From positions 20,524,001 through 20,588,000 of the forward strand of contig NW_024704743.1 in the NCBI RefSeq assembly GCF_018977255.1: a stretch of 64,000 bases of DNA, read 5' to 3'. The DNA comes from Callorhinchus milii. Its lineage: Eukaryota. A model generated the notes under the pieces. It had not been told where the DNA came from. It made no database searches and saw only the letters and a list, made by a program, of their open reading frames with translations. Both the position numbers and the translations under genes were made by a program. Every line of letters begins with the position of its first letter. Position 1 is the stretch's first letter. Positions 13,801 through 28,477 of this stretch are shown here, piece by piece.

Positions 13801-15164
13801 CTCAGGTTCCCTATGGCTATCGAGAAGGGGGATTGGGTAGGATTATATGGGGTGGGCCCACAGGAAAGAAACTTACAGCTGGTGATTTCCCTCCTTCAGA
13901 CCCAGCTCATTTATCACAAGTTCTGTTTGGTGAATGTCCCACAGATGTTTTGCCCAAGTCAGGAGGGAAGGTTGCAAAGTTGCATCAAAATCTGGTGGAT
14001 GCATTATCTTGCAGCTTGCAGTAGTGAGAACTAAGTCAGCTTGACTACTGAGAAGACCCCAACATGTGGTAGCTCCAGATCAAAGAGAGGGAAAGTGCAT
14101 TGAGTCTCCCCAACATCAAAGGGTACAACTGAGGTACTAGATTCACAATGTCATTGCCTGGAGTAAGGCTTTCATCACAACCTCTGGCTAGACATGAAGC
14201 TCATGATGCATGGATTGATCCCAATATATTCCCTTGAAGTCTTGTTATAAAACCAACAAAAAAGAGCCTGTAAACCCCCTTTTGTATCAGTCATAGTGGG
14301 AATCAGGAAAAAGCTCTGCACCACACTGAAGCTTGAGCTTGTCAGCAGCTTCCTTGCTTCAGTACAGCAACAACTTTCTGAAATACGAAACTCAACAACA
14401 ACAACTTGCATTTCTGTAGTTCCCTTCGCAGAGGGTAACTCAGAAGAATTTCTCCCCAGGTATTCCAAGACAGCCATGTCCTTCCAGCACTCTATTGATA
14501 GTTAATAATAATCCTTCCTTTTATTTGTTATAATTCCTTATCATGCCATCAAAACGTCTCAGAGCACTTCACAGGATTTAGTGTAGTGTAATAATTGTGT
14601 ATTTGTAGATGACCACGGCAGCCAATTTGTGCACAGCAATGTTCTGCAAACAATTGAGAAGCGAATGACCAATTCTACCTGGAGGATTGTTGGTCGATGA
14701 CACCAGGAGAAATTCCCTTCTCCTTTTGAATCTTTAACATCCACCTGAACAGGCAGCCGGGACTTTGGTTAACATTTCATCTAAAGACGATTCTTCAGCT
14801 CTGTAATGGGGTGGGGTCAGCCAAGACTTTGATTCAAAGTACCGATGTGTGGCTCGAACCCACAAGAATCTGACTCAGAGATGAGAGTGCTACCAACTGA
14901 TCCCGACGTGAGAAGCACTATATGAATGTAAATGTGGTACACATTGTAGAGAAGAAAATATTTAAAAAAATAAAGTAAACACAGATGCATGAAAGTTTCT
15001 AATCAATAAATATTTTGAAAGCATTGTTTTTTTAAGGCAGGTGCAGCGCATTCATAGTTTAACAAGTTGTCAATGCAAAGCCAGGGTTCAAGATATTTCA
15101 ATGCATTGAGCCAAGGCCCTTCCTTGCTGATGAAATTGGCTGATAGACATATTTGACAGCTCTG

Positions 15165-15184
15165 GTGCACCTCCTAGTGGGCAG
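15165..15184 (-). promoter_or_regulatory. Candidate CTCF site
   Basis: Minus strand reads TGCCCACTAGGAGGTGCAC, close to the core CCACYAGRKGGCR. Confidence 0.45.
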
Positions 15185-15366
15185 CTCATGCATTGCCATG
15201 CAACCCAGGAGCAAGTAGGCTGTCTAATCATCTTGGTTGTGACCAAAGAAAGCATGTAGACAAAATAAAAATGGGGAGGAAATAAATGTATTTTAAAATA
15301 GTTAATTTTGACAGAGGTGGTTATTATAAACATATTTAAGAGGAAACTCAATGCAGACATGAAGGG

Positions 15367-15655
15367 TAATAATAATAATCCTTGCATTTGATATAGCGCT
15401 TTTCACATCGGGAGGACGTCCCAAAGCTCTTCACAGAACACACTGTAAAGTGAATTGACTGTATATTTGTGGGCGAACGCGGCAGCCAATTGCGCACAGT
15501 AGTGTCCCACAAACAGTCGTAGATTGAAAATGACCAATTTATTATTGTTTTGTTTTTTTGGAGGGATTATTATTAGGCTCTGTGTGGAGTAAGGAAACTT
15601 GCCCAAGGTTTTGCCCTGCCTGCAATTGAACTCAGGTCTCTCGCTTGCAAAGCAT
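15367..15655 (-). mobile_element. tRNA-derived SINE, short subfamily, head partly missing
   Basis: Highly similar to 29621-29951. Confidence 0.9.
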
Positions 15656-18600
15656 AGATGGGTAACAAAGGGTATAGGAAAGGGGAATTGGAAATTGGAG
15701 GCTCATATGGAGTATAAACACCAGCATGGACTAATTTGACCAAATGGTCTGTTTCTGAGCTGATTAAATCTATGTAATTCTATGTATTTTGTATTATTGT
15801 TTAGTCATAATAATCCTTGAATTTGATATAGTGCCTTATCTTGGCATTGAGCCATCTCAAAGTACTTCACAGGATAAACTGTAAGGTGGTGTGACTGTAT
15901 ATTTTGTGGTCAAGATGTATTGAGTAATGCAGTACGGTACAATCTGTAAATATGGGTGAGAGATGTATTCTTGGATTTGAAACAGCAGAGGCTTAAACAG
16001 AATTTTTAAAATAAAAGTATTGGTTGTTAGCACGTGTCAATTCATCCTGGTGTTGGGAATGTGCTCCTGAGCAAGGGGTAGCTTCACGAGGATCAGGAAC
16101 CAGGAAAAGCACCCTGTGAGATCAACTGAATCTCAAGCAGGAACATCCATGCAAGGATACATGAACTAATGATACCCTGGCTTTGAAGAAGGAGCTCCAC
16201 TGTGCAGTTTTCTCCAAACTGCAGTTAAAAGCATAAAAGTGTCAAACTCCTTCCACAAACGTAGCCTGGACTTCACCCCACTGTATTGCCTTGGTAAAAT
16301 TATTGTGTAATGTCCTCTGAACTCAAAGCTAATCTAACAAAACAGAATATTCATCCACGTCCAGATTTGTACTTCATATTCTTAACTCCCAAAGCCTCAG
16401 CATCTAAACCATTGCTATATAAATGTAAATTGTATTGTATTTACGTGAACACATTTTACATGGGTAGCAATCCAGAATGAATACTCACTTTTCTGTGACA
16501 AGTTTTATGTCAGTCTGGTGTCGGTGTTATTAAAGTGAAAAAGATGTCTGATTGACCCATTAATGTTCCCCAGTTTTTTTTCCAGGCAACATAGGATACT
16601 AATGGGAAGCTTTGATATTGCCGAGTCCCTGTGCAATTCATCTCTAACCTTTTTTATTGTTGTACATCCAGTGGATGGGCATTGGTTGTGCAACTCTTTC
16701 AGACTCTCTGGATATTAATGTAAAGATAGGAGCAGGACAATGTTTCCAGAGGTAACCTGATTTTTGGTCCCTAGCAATAGTAATTCCAAGCTGGAAACAC
16801 TAAGATATTGCTCCGGACTTCCCCCTGAAAGGCTAGTCCCTGGGTAGAATTTCCCAGTTGAGAAAATGATAAGTCTATTGTGTCCAGTTTAATATGTATT
16901 TTTGAAGGCAAGCACAGTTGCCATTTGGATTATGATTTTCCCACAAACATGAAATGAATAATCGTATGATCGCAAGGATTCCCGGCCAGGTCACAAGGAG
17001 CAACTTTCCCTTCATTTCGTTACGGGATGTTTAACGTCCATCCTAGACAGGTATCATCCAAGCACAGCACTGCCAATAATTTGGTGCTCCCCCAGTACTG
17101 CACTGATTGTCACTGAAAGATTATGATCTGGTTCTGAAATAGGACTTTAACCAATAGTTTTCTGAGCTAGAAGCTACTAACTGAGTCGATCTGGCATTCA
17201 TTAGTCAATAATGCACCATCGTTATTAATGTTTTTCTATCTTCATCTTTCCAACATTCTGATGTTGTTGTTGGTAAATCAATTATTGCATAGATTTTTAC
17301 AATTGCTATTAATTATATCAGTTTTTGGGTGCACTTACCATTTAGAAAGTGAGTGATAACATGCTAACAATAGGACACACAATGCTTATTTAGGGTTGTA
17401 AATGTGGCACGGGCGATATGGAGCCGGAATTTTTAATGCTTTATTAAAAAAAATTCACATAGCCCCCCAAAATTATGGACAAAACCAATCTCAAAAGACT
17501 CAAAGGCAAATGTGTGCATGTGTGTGTGTGTGGGGGGGGGGGGTGGGGAGGGGTGGTGTGGGGCATGGGGGTTGTTGGGGTGAGTGACAATAAGAGCTTA
17601 TTCTAGGAGAAAGGGAAACAAAAATATAGTTTGCAATTGAGACAGAGAGGTAACAAGCTGCATTATAAGCTAGAAAGAAATTACAATAATGATTTCTTGC
17701 CCATCATCTTGTGATTGTAGATGGAGTAAAATATAGAAAATTAAAGGGAGTTTGACTAATGTCTTTCGAGACATCCTCCTGATGTGAAAGTTGCTATACA
17801 AATGTAAATTGTTTTGTACTTAATGACTTTTAAAATTTCCATCTTGACCAATCCACAATTCTCTCAAGATTTACTGTGCTCTAATCATATTTCACCCACA
17901 AACTATACAAGGAATTCACTTTACAGTATATTCTGTGAAGTGCTTTGAGATGTCTCACCAATGTGATAAGGCATTATATCAAATGTAAGGGTTATTATTA
18001 TTAAACTACACATTAAAGCGCATATCTCTTTTATCACCTACCATGTGATAAAAAAATATGGTGTCACTGTCAAATTTTACTTCAAAAAATAATGAATGGT
18101 GTAAGATTTTAACCTATTTTATGTGTTGCTGTGGTGAGCAGTAAATAGAAATGGTATTCAAGATATTTAAATGGTTCTTTAATCAAGACCAGGTGAAGAA
18201 ACCTGTGCATCATTCCAATCCAAGGAAATATTTTCAATGTTGAAATCAGCCCCATTCACTTCTATTATAAAGAATGCTTGTTACAAACTGTGAAACATTA
18301 ATGTATATCCTAATTCACTCTTAAAATGCTCTCTAGCCACCAATGTTTTAATTGCCCAGCACGTAAGTGATTAATGAATATTCAGTCATTCATCTTTCAC
18401 ACACGAATGTCTTGTAAAACTCCTATTTTGCATAATAATGTTTTAATTTCCATTCAGCTATCGCATGAGTGATTAACTAGGCAGAGGTACAAATACTGTA
18501 TTGTAAAGTGATCATTTTTGAAACGGCAAATACAAATTCTGTTGCTAACATCTTCCTTCATATTTCTGAGCTAATGAATTCTACAAAATCAAGGTTAAGT

Positions 18601-19164
18601 ACGTACAGTGTTCCGCTACCTGGATAAAATACATTTCTTTCTTTGATTGCGTTATAAACAACACGGCTTTGAAATTGTTTTTATACTTTTCATGTGATTG
18701 ACATCCCAATTACTTCAGCTTCAGAATTCAAATAGACAAAAACAGCACTTTACAGCTGTTAAGCTAACCTGACACTTTGTGTCTTCATAAAAAGTATGCG
18801 TGTGTGCATGTGGTGGTGGTGGAGGAGGTGAGGGGATGGGGGAGCTAAGTGATTTGAAATGGTTGTTCTAGGATTGTGTCTTCCTGTTGACATTTGAGAT
18901 CTTCTGCTGGCTGGCACATTGAACAAACATTTGGCATCATTTGATAGTAAATATTTAAACACGCTCAGTCTGATCTAAAGACAGTTTGCATTAACCATAT
19001 AATCTGTGTGCATTTCGATAACACCAGAGGCGTGAAATTCTGCACGGGCCAAGCTTTCAAATCATTGTCTTGAAATCTAGGTTTATCAAGACCAGCTGAG
19101 GAAATCTGTGTATGGTTAAAATTAAAGGTATGAGCCCGCATTCTATGGCACAAGATTCACATAC

Positions 19165-19535
19165 ATTCACGGCCTTGCTCCTCCCCACCTTTGTGACCTC
19201 CTAACCCCGTACCAACCTGTCCGCTCCCTCGGCTCCCTTCACATCTCCCACCTTGCCCGCCCTACCAGTGGCCTTCAGCCTCTCTGCCTCCTCTCCATCC
19301 CACAGTCCCACCACCTCATTCCCTTCCTTGCCTCCTTCAAGACACGTCTCAAGACCCATCTCATGATCCTCCTCTTCGACCGTGCCTTCGGTAACCCTGC
19401 TACCCCTACCCTCCCTGCCCTCCACCCCTCCTGATTCCAACCACCAGCTCGGGTGCAGATTTGTGATAGTCCAACGCTTTGGGATGTCCCCTTGCCGTGA
19501 AAGGCGTTACACAAATGTAATTCGTTGTTGTTGTT
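19165..19535 (+). mobile_element. L2 LINE 3' end
   Basis: Same family as 50642-51360; tail aaggcgttacacaaatgtaa..(TTG)n. Confidence 0.85.
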
Positions 19536-21169
19536 TCCATCTAGACCCAATAGCTTTTTTTTATTGCCTTTAAGAGATACGCCACCACACTGTCCCTGTC
19601 CTTTGCTGTCTATTTAGCTTGTCCTACACCCAATTGTGTCTTCCAGTATTCACGGGAATTTTATTGTGTTCACCTTAATTCTAAGAAAGATAGAATCTTA
19701 AGTTCACTTCGGATAAGGTCGGACACTAAACAAGTTGCCATCTTATTAATATGTTCGTCAGGAATCTACAGACTGAAAAAGATCAAGGTGCTCCACCTGA
19801 CTGATCCAACATATGTTTCTCCCAAGCGATGAATAACTCCTATCGCACATTTGTCCTCCTCTTTGCAAACTCACTATGTGGAAATCAAAACCATTGAACT
19901 CCCTTTCATTCTAACTCATTTTTTCCTGGGACATTAAGACCAATAAGTCCTTACCTATGTCAGTTTTCTTTTCGTCATGCAATATACATTTTTTTTATAA
20001 CCTGAAGCTAATAGTCTCTTCAAGCCTAATGATTTCCTGCACTGTGGTCCAGAACTGTTTACCCAGGTTCACCTAATTGCTGATAAAAACGTGCTGGTAC
20101 ACAGACGTCTGAATGAGTTTCAGCCTTGATCAGACCAACATGCTATATCGAAATTGACACTTGATATTGACTGCTAACAGTCTATTATACCTGTAAGAGT
20201 ACGATTTAGTATGACTACAAACTATAAATGGACATTATGCATGTTCAGCCACTCTTGCTGTGTTAATTCATGTTAAATTATTTAACATTGTACTATGTTA
20301 AATGAAATTTAATGGTGCGCTCTTTAGTAATTTGTATGTGTCACTGACACTATAAAACATTAATGGGAAAAAGAGGGCCATTTGATCTTACTTTGGGCTT
20401 CTGACGTAACAATTTTGCTGTTCTCTGAAGGATTTATATTGACCAGGAGACATTGCATAGCCAGATGTGTGGATCTGTAAGTGTGACAGGTTCTTCCTTT
20501 GTTAAGAGACAGAGAAGGATTTGATTGAAGAAGCTGTTGTCATGTCCCTAGGGAGGGATGATATTAGTTCTCTCATTCGAACAGAATGCCCAGTGCACTT
20601 TTGGGTGAAAGGAATATATGGTTATTAACTTATGTCCTCAGGGTACATGGCTGGATTAGAGAAGAAGAATGGAGAACAGCTTTAGACTAAAAGGTGAAGA
20701 AAGAAACGTTGTGATCAACCCTCTGAATTCCAAATACGCAATCATTACATGGAATCATTACTAAGCTTCCTACCACATTTGGTTATAGTGGGTATGTAAT
20801 GGTACACATTTAGCAAATTATTTTCTCTTTTTGTTTGTTAACAAGCTAAATAATCCATTATTGAATTTGTGTTCAATCAATATATGTTACTCCATTGGGA
20901 TACTAACTGGATTAAAATAGCATGTGTGAGTATATTTAACTGTTCATTAGAATTTATTACCAAGTATGTGGTAGAATATTAATTTACAACATTTAATATT
21001 ATAAATGTTATTTTTAATGTATTTATGTTACACTTATATTTTATATTTACATGAATCAATGGGCGAGAAGGATGAAGGTACGTATTATAGCCATGAGCAA
21101 ACTTCGCTAAAGAAATAATTAGGAAACCAATTTCACAAAACATGTTTAGTAAAATCATATATTGTGTAA

Positions 21170-21470
21170 TCCTGGCCAGGGCAAAACCTTAGGCAAGTTT
21201 CCTTACTCCTCTCTATATCTAGCAGTAAGCAGGAACCCAGTTGTTAGTTGATTGGCTGATCACTCTCAGTGGATAATAATCCCTTCCCAAAAAATTGGTC
21301 ACTCAATCCACGGCTGTTTGTGGGACACTGCCGTGCGCAATTGGCTGCCGTATTTCGCCCGCAAAATACACAGTCAATTCACTTTACAATATTTCTGTGA
21401 AGGGCTTTGAGATGTTGCAATGATATGATAAGGCACTATAGCAAATGCAAGGATTATTATATTATTATTA
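21170..21470 (+). mobile_element. 5'-truncated SINE, long subfamily
   Basis: ggcaagtttccttactcc...gcaaggattatt. Confidence 0.85.
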
Positions 21471-22259
21471 TGTTACAACGTAAAGTTGCACTATATAATA
21501 AAATGGCGGAGCAGGCTCAATGGGTCTGAATGACCTAATCCTATACCTATTGTAACTTATTAACTAAAAGAAGCAAAATATTTCTTTTAAATCTGATTCA
21601 TGCATAAGCTTCAGCTGGTGTTTGGTCTTGGATTTTCTCTACTTGGTAAGTTGCCAGCACTGAGTGGGGCATTAACACAAACATCAAGTGGAAGCAAATT
21701 GCCCAGCTGTGGAACATAGAAAAAAATCAGCTTCTCTGTACTTTCAGCCACAGTCCAGGGCGCAAAGCCTGTGGGACCCAAAGTGAGGATTGAAGCATAT
21801 TATGGAGTAATAGACACTATTTTTGAGCCTGAGACTGTTCTTTTCCCTACCACCACTCAATAGTCAAATTCACGTTACAGTAAATTTTATAAAACTCTTT
21901 GAGACGTCTCGAACATGTGATAAGGCGCTATATCAAATGCAAGGATTATTATTATATGCAGTATCTCTGATCGGAGGTCAAATGAAAAATCTGTTTCTAA
22001 ACTTTAGGCAATGGCATTCAGAAATTATACCACCAAAAGTTCATGGAAATGACTCAACGTAATTAGACTTTTACTCCCTCCTCATCCACGATCCATAGAT
22101 TGGTAGGAGTGCTCACATTATAAAAATCACATTACACTAGCATGCTCTAATAATTCAGTGTCTCTAATGATTACCCAATTTTAACTATAATACATTCTAA
22201 GTAAGTAAACGTGTTTATTATGTTTTTTTTAAAAAAACAACCAATTCATATTTGGATAT

Positions 22260-22650
22260 ATTTGTGTGAGCCTGGCTCTGACCTGGAACTCATCTCATCT
22301 AAGTTGACACTCCAATGCAGGGCTGGGGGTATGTTGCAGTGTTCGAGGTGCCATCCTTCAGATACCACACCAAGGCCCTACCTGTCTGTTCAGGTGAAAA
22401 TTAAAGATCCCATGACACTATTCTAAAAGAAAAGGGAGTATCTTCCAGTGTCCTGGCCAACAATCCCCCAAATAAAATTGACCATTCACTCCATGGCTGT
22501 TTGTGAGACATAGTTGGGTCCAAATTGGGTGCTGCATTTGTCCACAAAACAAACACAGTCACTCCACCTTACAGTGTTTCCTGTGAAGTGGTTAGGGACA
22601 TTCTCCTGACTTGAAAGGCACTATACCAAATGTAAAGATGATTATTATAG
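22260..22650 (+). mobile_element. Older DeuSINE-like element
   Basis: Deu-domain-like core cctgtctgttcaggtgaaaattaaagatcccatgacactattc...gtgtcctggccaac plus the shared tail. Confidence 0.75.
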
Positions 22651-23384
22651 GATTAGTATTATATTTAACATGATTATAATAGATTTAAATAATGCGGTGA
22701 TAGACTCAGGGTTTTCTTGGAATTACAAAATATTTTAGATTTCTTTCAAGCTTGTTGAGGTCTGTTTTTTTGTTCGTTAATGCATTTTAGAACAATTATG
22801 CACAAGCCAAATAAGGTTATAGTTTTACTCTGCATCCTACAAGACACAGTTAACAGTGAAAATACGATTCAGAGAATGTGTTGTATAAACTGTACAGACT
22901 TGCAATTTAATCCAATTTACTCGGTAAGGTTAAAATTGAGAGGTTAGAAACATTCTCTTCTCGCTGGCTGTAGCGAATTATATGATTAATGCTTAGCATC
23001 TCAGACCCAAAGACCCAACATTATCCCAAGTGAAACATTTTTATTACTATATTTCACACCATGGGCAGTAATGTTTACTCCATGAGGTAAAACCCATGAA
23101 ATATGATCGTTATGGATCCATTTCAGTTTTGTGCATGAGCATAGCAGAATGGACTCAATGTTAAACTCCAACAGCTGTTCCCGCTTCATCCAAGCACTAC
23201 AGAAAATCCCACACTAAGCAACCAGCATTCCTCCAACCGCAAAGTTGCCACCCATGAACGGCAAACCATACCTCACAGTTTAAATGGTGCCTTCAATTCT
23301 TTCCATGGCAATAGCGACTGATCTAATAATTCTATTTTGAACAGTCACCATGTCTTCTATATATCAGATGACTGCATTGCTTCA

Positions 23385-23690
23385 TCAACAACAACAAGAT
23401 TACATTTGCACAGTGCCTTTCACGTCGGGAGGACGTCCCAAGGCGCTGGACAGTGTACAGCATTTCAGACCCGAGCTGGGGTTGGGGGGGGAAGGGAGGG
23501 GAGGGGAAGGTGGGTGGCCGATGGCATGGTCGAAGAGGAGGGTCTTGAGGGGGGACTGAAGGAGGCTAAAGAGGGGGCGAAGTGGAGTGACTGGGAGATT
23601 TCATTCCAGAGATTGGGGGCAGAGTGGCTGAAGGCTCTCCCGCCAATGGTGGGGCGGGTGGGTCTGGGGACTTGGAGCAGGATGTGCCTC
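23385..23690 (-). mobile_element. L2 LINE 3' end
   Basis: IGGRAFSHSAPNLWNEI remnant; (CAA)n tail. Confidence 0.85.
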
Positions 23691-24649
23691 ATTTCCATAT
23701 TACACTTGTTCCCATTTACTAACTTATTCCTAGCTCCAGGATTATGATCCACATATTTCTGTTTATATCCAAGTTACATTTATGGCAACAAAATACACAG
23801 TCAATCCACTTTACAGCATATTCTTTGAAGCACTTTGAGATGTCTCAGCTACGTGATAATTCTCTATATCAAATGCAAGGATTATTATTATTTGTTCGCC
23901 CACAAATCCACAGTCACTCCACTGCATAGCAAATCCTGTGCAGCACTTTAGGACTTCCTCCCATTGTGAAAAGCGCTATACTAAATTGCAATTATTATCA
24001 TTATTATAACGAACAGAAAACACCTTAGGGAAATACAGTAATTATCTAACAGATGGACCCAACGTTATAATACACTAGTGCCACAGTTGTATGTTATTGT
24101 GAGACTACTCCATGGTCAAGTATATCCAGCTATTCTCCTTTTACTTAATCTTTTCAATAAGTAATAATTGCACCACAGTTAGACCTCATTAGCTATGATA
24201 CTACCAATTAATGTGAAAATCCTAGTAAAACTCAACATCTAATTTCCTGCCTGGTCTGTGCCATACTGTTGAGATTGGAAGTATTTTTATTTTAAGTGCT
24301 GTGAACCCTGGTCCTCTTCCTGTCATTAGGATAGCCTACAAGTTGACTGCTAATATTTAAAATGTAACATCCTTGCAATAATGGTAGTTATTAACAGTCC
24401 TGTGCTAACTTGCCTAATTCTTTTTGTGTGGGCTAAGACAATGAGTGTTGACTGGCTTTTCATCTATGTGAGGCATCACAGGTAAGACTTGCCTTGATCG
24501 TCATTCAATATCTACATAATGCATTTTCCAGGAGAAAGGTTTTTCATTCCTATTTCTCTTAGACCATGAATGGAAACTCAGACTTATATTTTCCTCTCCG
24601 TAGTCCAGGGATTCTAAGGCCAATTCTTTTCAATTCTTTTCTGATCGTG

Positions 24650-24980
24650 ATTATTCTAACATTTGAATACGTGCCTTTCACATCAGGAGAATGTCTCAAA
24701 GCGTTTAACAGGGTATATTGTAAACTGTAGTGACTGTATTTTGTAAACACATTGGGATGTTGGCCAGGACGCTAAGTGAAACTTCATTCTCTTTTTGAAC
24801 AGTGTCGTGGGATCTTTAACGTCCACCTGAACAGGCAGACGGGATCTTGGTTTAACATCTCATCCGAAGCACACTTCCAGCATTTCATTGGAGTGTTAGA
24901 CCAGCTTCAAGTTCAAAATCTCAATATGGGACTTGAACCCATAAACTTCTGACTCGGGGACAAAAGCACCAGAGAGCTTT
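24650..24980 (-). mobile_element. Older DeuSINE-like element (more diverged copies at ~14530-14900, ~16930-17190, ~30380-30625, ~26845-27050)
   Basis: gtgggatctttaacgtccacctgaacaggcagacggga core; degenerate tRNA head (ggacttgaaccc). Confidence 0.72.
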
Positions 24981-27900
24981 AAGTTGAAATCAGCTACCTT
25001 AGCATAGATCGTGTATTGGATCTGATACCTTTAATAAAAATAATCCTTGCATTGACCACTGCGTCGAGAATTATCAAAGCGTTTCACAGGATATACTGTA
25101 AAGTAGATTGACTGTATTTTGTGGGCAAAATGAGGCAACTAACATCCCACAAACAGCCATGGAGTGAGTACTGTAACAGTTCCCCGTCACACTGGGCTGT
25201 TGCATATATATTTTAATATTGCCAGTTCACTTCACAAATACCTAAAAGAAGGAACAATACAACTTTATTGTATAACTCTCATCTTGGAGCCACAATAACC
25301 CTTAGCTTTCAGTAATGCTGTTTCGCTAGTCTGAATATAGTGGGCTATTATGTGGTCCAGGGCAAGAATTTCTTTTGCTATTCAGTCATATGTCCACACC
25401 TGTGTCACTCAACAATTCTCGTACACAAACCTTGAATCACATAAACAATGAAACCAATATGGATTCTTCATCATATAAAACAATTACGCTGTCACACAGA
25501 ACAGAAGGACAGAGTGGTATAATTAACTAGGATTTTCTACCTTATCTCCAGCAGTTTCCAATCTCTTCCACAATTTTGCAACGTAATTTCAGCTTTACAA
25601 CATTCTGTAACTGAAGTAGATTGCTAAGCAGTATTTACTGAAACAGCTTTTACTAAAACAGTTCTTAATATTTGGCTGTTACTGTAGCAATCAACAAAGT
25701 GTTAAATGCAGTTTGTTGCAACAATATTAAGGATAATAATTCTTGCATGTGATGGATTAATAGTAATCATAATAATAATAATCCTTGCATTTGATATAGC
25801 GCCTTATCACGTCTTCGAGACGTCTCAAAGCGCTTCACAGAATTTAGTGTAAAGTGAATTGACTATAAATTTTGTGGGCAAAATGCAATAGTAAGTGGGT
25901 GTTATACGCCTGTAAAATACTGTAATATCATGTTCTGTGTATACAGTGGAAGTGATCTGATACAATCATTCAGAGCAAGAAACTACAGTCATACAACTCA
26001 CTCCAAATGTGCCTACAAAATACCCAATCACAACACTTTACAGTAAATCCTGTGAAGCATTCTGAGATGTCTTCTTGGCAAGAAAAGCGCTGTATCAAAC
26101 CCAAGGATTATTATTATTATTGTTCATGTGGGGTTGAGTTCAAGGCATTCAAGGAATTCTGTAAATATGCAACTAAAGGCATGCGCAGCGAGTGTTCTGT
26201 TACAAGGCCAATTAAACCTCTTTGTGTTTGAAGAGCCAGGAGCCAGCTTTTTCCTTAATGACATTATAAACATCAAGGACGAGCTCCCCCTGATGGTTCA
26301 GTCAGTTTATTCACTGAGAAACTGAGCCATCAAAGCAGTCCCAGATTCAATTTCTGCTCTGTGCGTGCTGATATCAATTTTCAATTCCCAGTATTTTTGT
26401 TCATTGTCTTGTATAAAAATCATCGATTAAAAATACATCTCTCCGACCTCAAAATCTTCCCATTGAAAAAAATACAAAGTAAAATAATAATAATCCTTGA
26501 TTTTCTTACCACCCTGAAATGTCTCAAAGAGTTTTTGTAAAGTGCGGTGGTTATATTCCACAGAATGCAACCTTTGCTCTTTAATACACAAAGACACCGC
26601 AAAACAGCAGTAGATGAATTACATGAGACTGCATCCTGAGCAAACATGCTCATTAGATACTGGCAGGGGCTGAGAACAGTGTGTGTCCTGTTCTCCAGAT
26701 ATCCAAAAACAGAACCGAAGAGTACATACAAAATGTTGGGAAGGACGTCCATGTTTTTTAAAAAAAGTCTGTTGTTAAAACATTCGGTGTTCAATAATGA
26801 GATATGTCATTTCAGTTTCCCTGAACTATTGGCAAGTTATCTAGGGGTCAGCTGGCTCAGTTGGTAGCACTCACGCTGCTTGGACAGAAGGTTGCGGATT
26901 GTCACTGTGCATTGGGACTTTGAGCTCACAATCCAGGCTGATACTTTCAAATTGCTGCTTTTAACTTTAAATACGGTCACTACACTTTAAAGTAATTACT
27001 GTAAAGTGTTTTAATGTTATAGCTGCTACGTCAAGGATTATTAATACTATATTATCTTATCAGGAGCTTAATTCTTATGAAGGGCAACTAAAAAGCAGTG
27101 TAACATTTAACCTGGTTACTTTAACACTCCAACATACACTTTAGTATCTAGTCTCTAGATTGGTTACAGATTTGGTCTTTCAGTTGCTAATCAGTGGCCA
27201 AATGTTGTGAGTCTCAGCTCTTAGAGAAAGTCCAGGATGCAAAGAAAACAGGTATCTTTAGACAATAATAGTAGCATAAATAAGGAATAAGTCCAAATAA
27301 AACTGAAGTGGATAATAACATGATAAACAACTAAACATAATGTGGTGAATAGATATGAAAAGCCTAGGGCCAGCTGAGATTGAACAGAGGAAATGAAGTA
27401 AAGGGCAGGGCAAACCTTTTTAAATGTTTTATTTAGGTACTTTTAATGTTATTGCCCCAATGAGACAATAGGAACCTACAGCTAATATCTCAAGTGTAAC
27501 ATTCCTGTAATAATATAGAAATATTATAGAAAATCTCAAATACAAAATAGCTGGCTCTTCAGCTACAAATAATTTAAGGGTTAATAATCATTCCTCTCCC
27601 TTTTTCTCGAAAGATGTTTCTCACTGTACATTCCTCCTTTAGCTAGGATCACACAATACATCGCTGATTATCTGACAGGACAGTTCAAGTGATAGGCAGC
27701 TTCAGGACTTAAAAGCTCAACCTGCTTGTTGGGAATCAAGAACTCAACTCAGCCACTTGAATTACAGATTGGTTCTCGCTGAAGCAGAGTCTAAGCCATT
27801 TGTTCACTTTTGTTACTAAATTATTCCTGAACTATCTCTTATCTCTGTAACTAACCAATTTCATTTCAATGTGCATTATATTCTCTGTAATTTTGTTCTA

Positions 27901-28477
27901 TGATTATTTCCAGAAATGGAGTAATGGCATAAATGATATCTGAGCCTGTACTTTCTTGAAAGAAATAGTTGATTAGAAATATGGATCGACATGACTGATG
28001 TGGAAAAAGCTCATGTTACAAAGCAGATAGCAACTACATTCCAGCCGCTCAAAACAACCTGACACTGAGATAAGGGAATACATATACAAGACACAGTGGA
28101 GTTGACTGCAGACTCTAATCAGAACCAATGGAACTGGAGGGAATGTTTCCAGGTTGCAGACAGTGAGAGGACGTGGGCAGATGTTATCACACTGAGTAAT
28201 TAGGGAAGGTGATGATACAAGAGTACATCAGAATTCAAGGCGCACTGCTTTAATCCTAGCCTCAGAAAGAAATGTTCGTCAAATACACAAGTGTTTGAAG
28301 TTCTCTTAAGGTTTCCTTAGTAGGCTGAGCACTAATCTCAACATTCAATAATAGTATCCAGTCACTCAAAAACCTTTGCCATTCATAAGAACTGATTTTC
28401 AATGACAGTTCTTCAACAGTATATTCCATTTCAAGAACTTTGTATCATTTTACAAAAGATTACACAACCTAGGGCTC

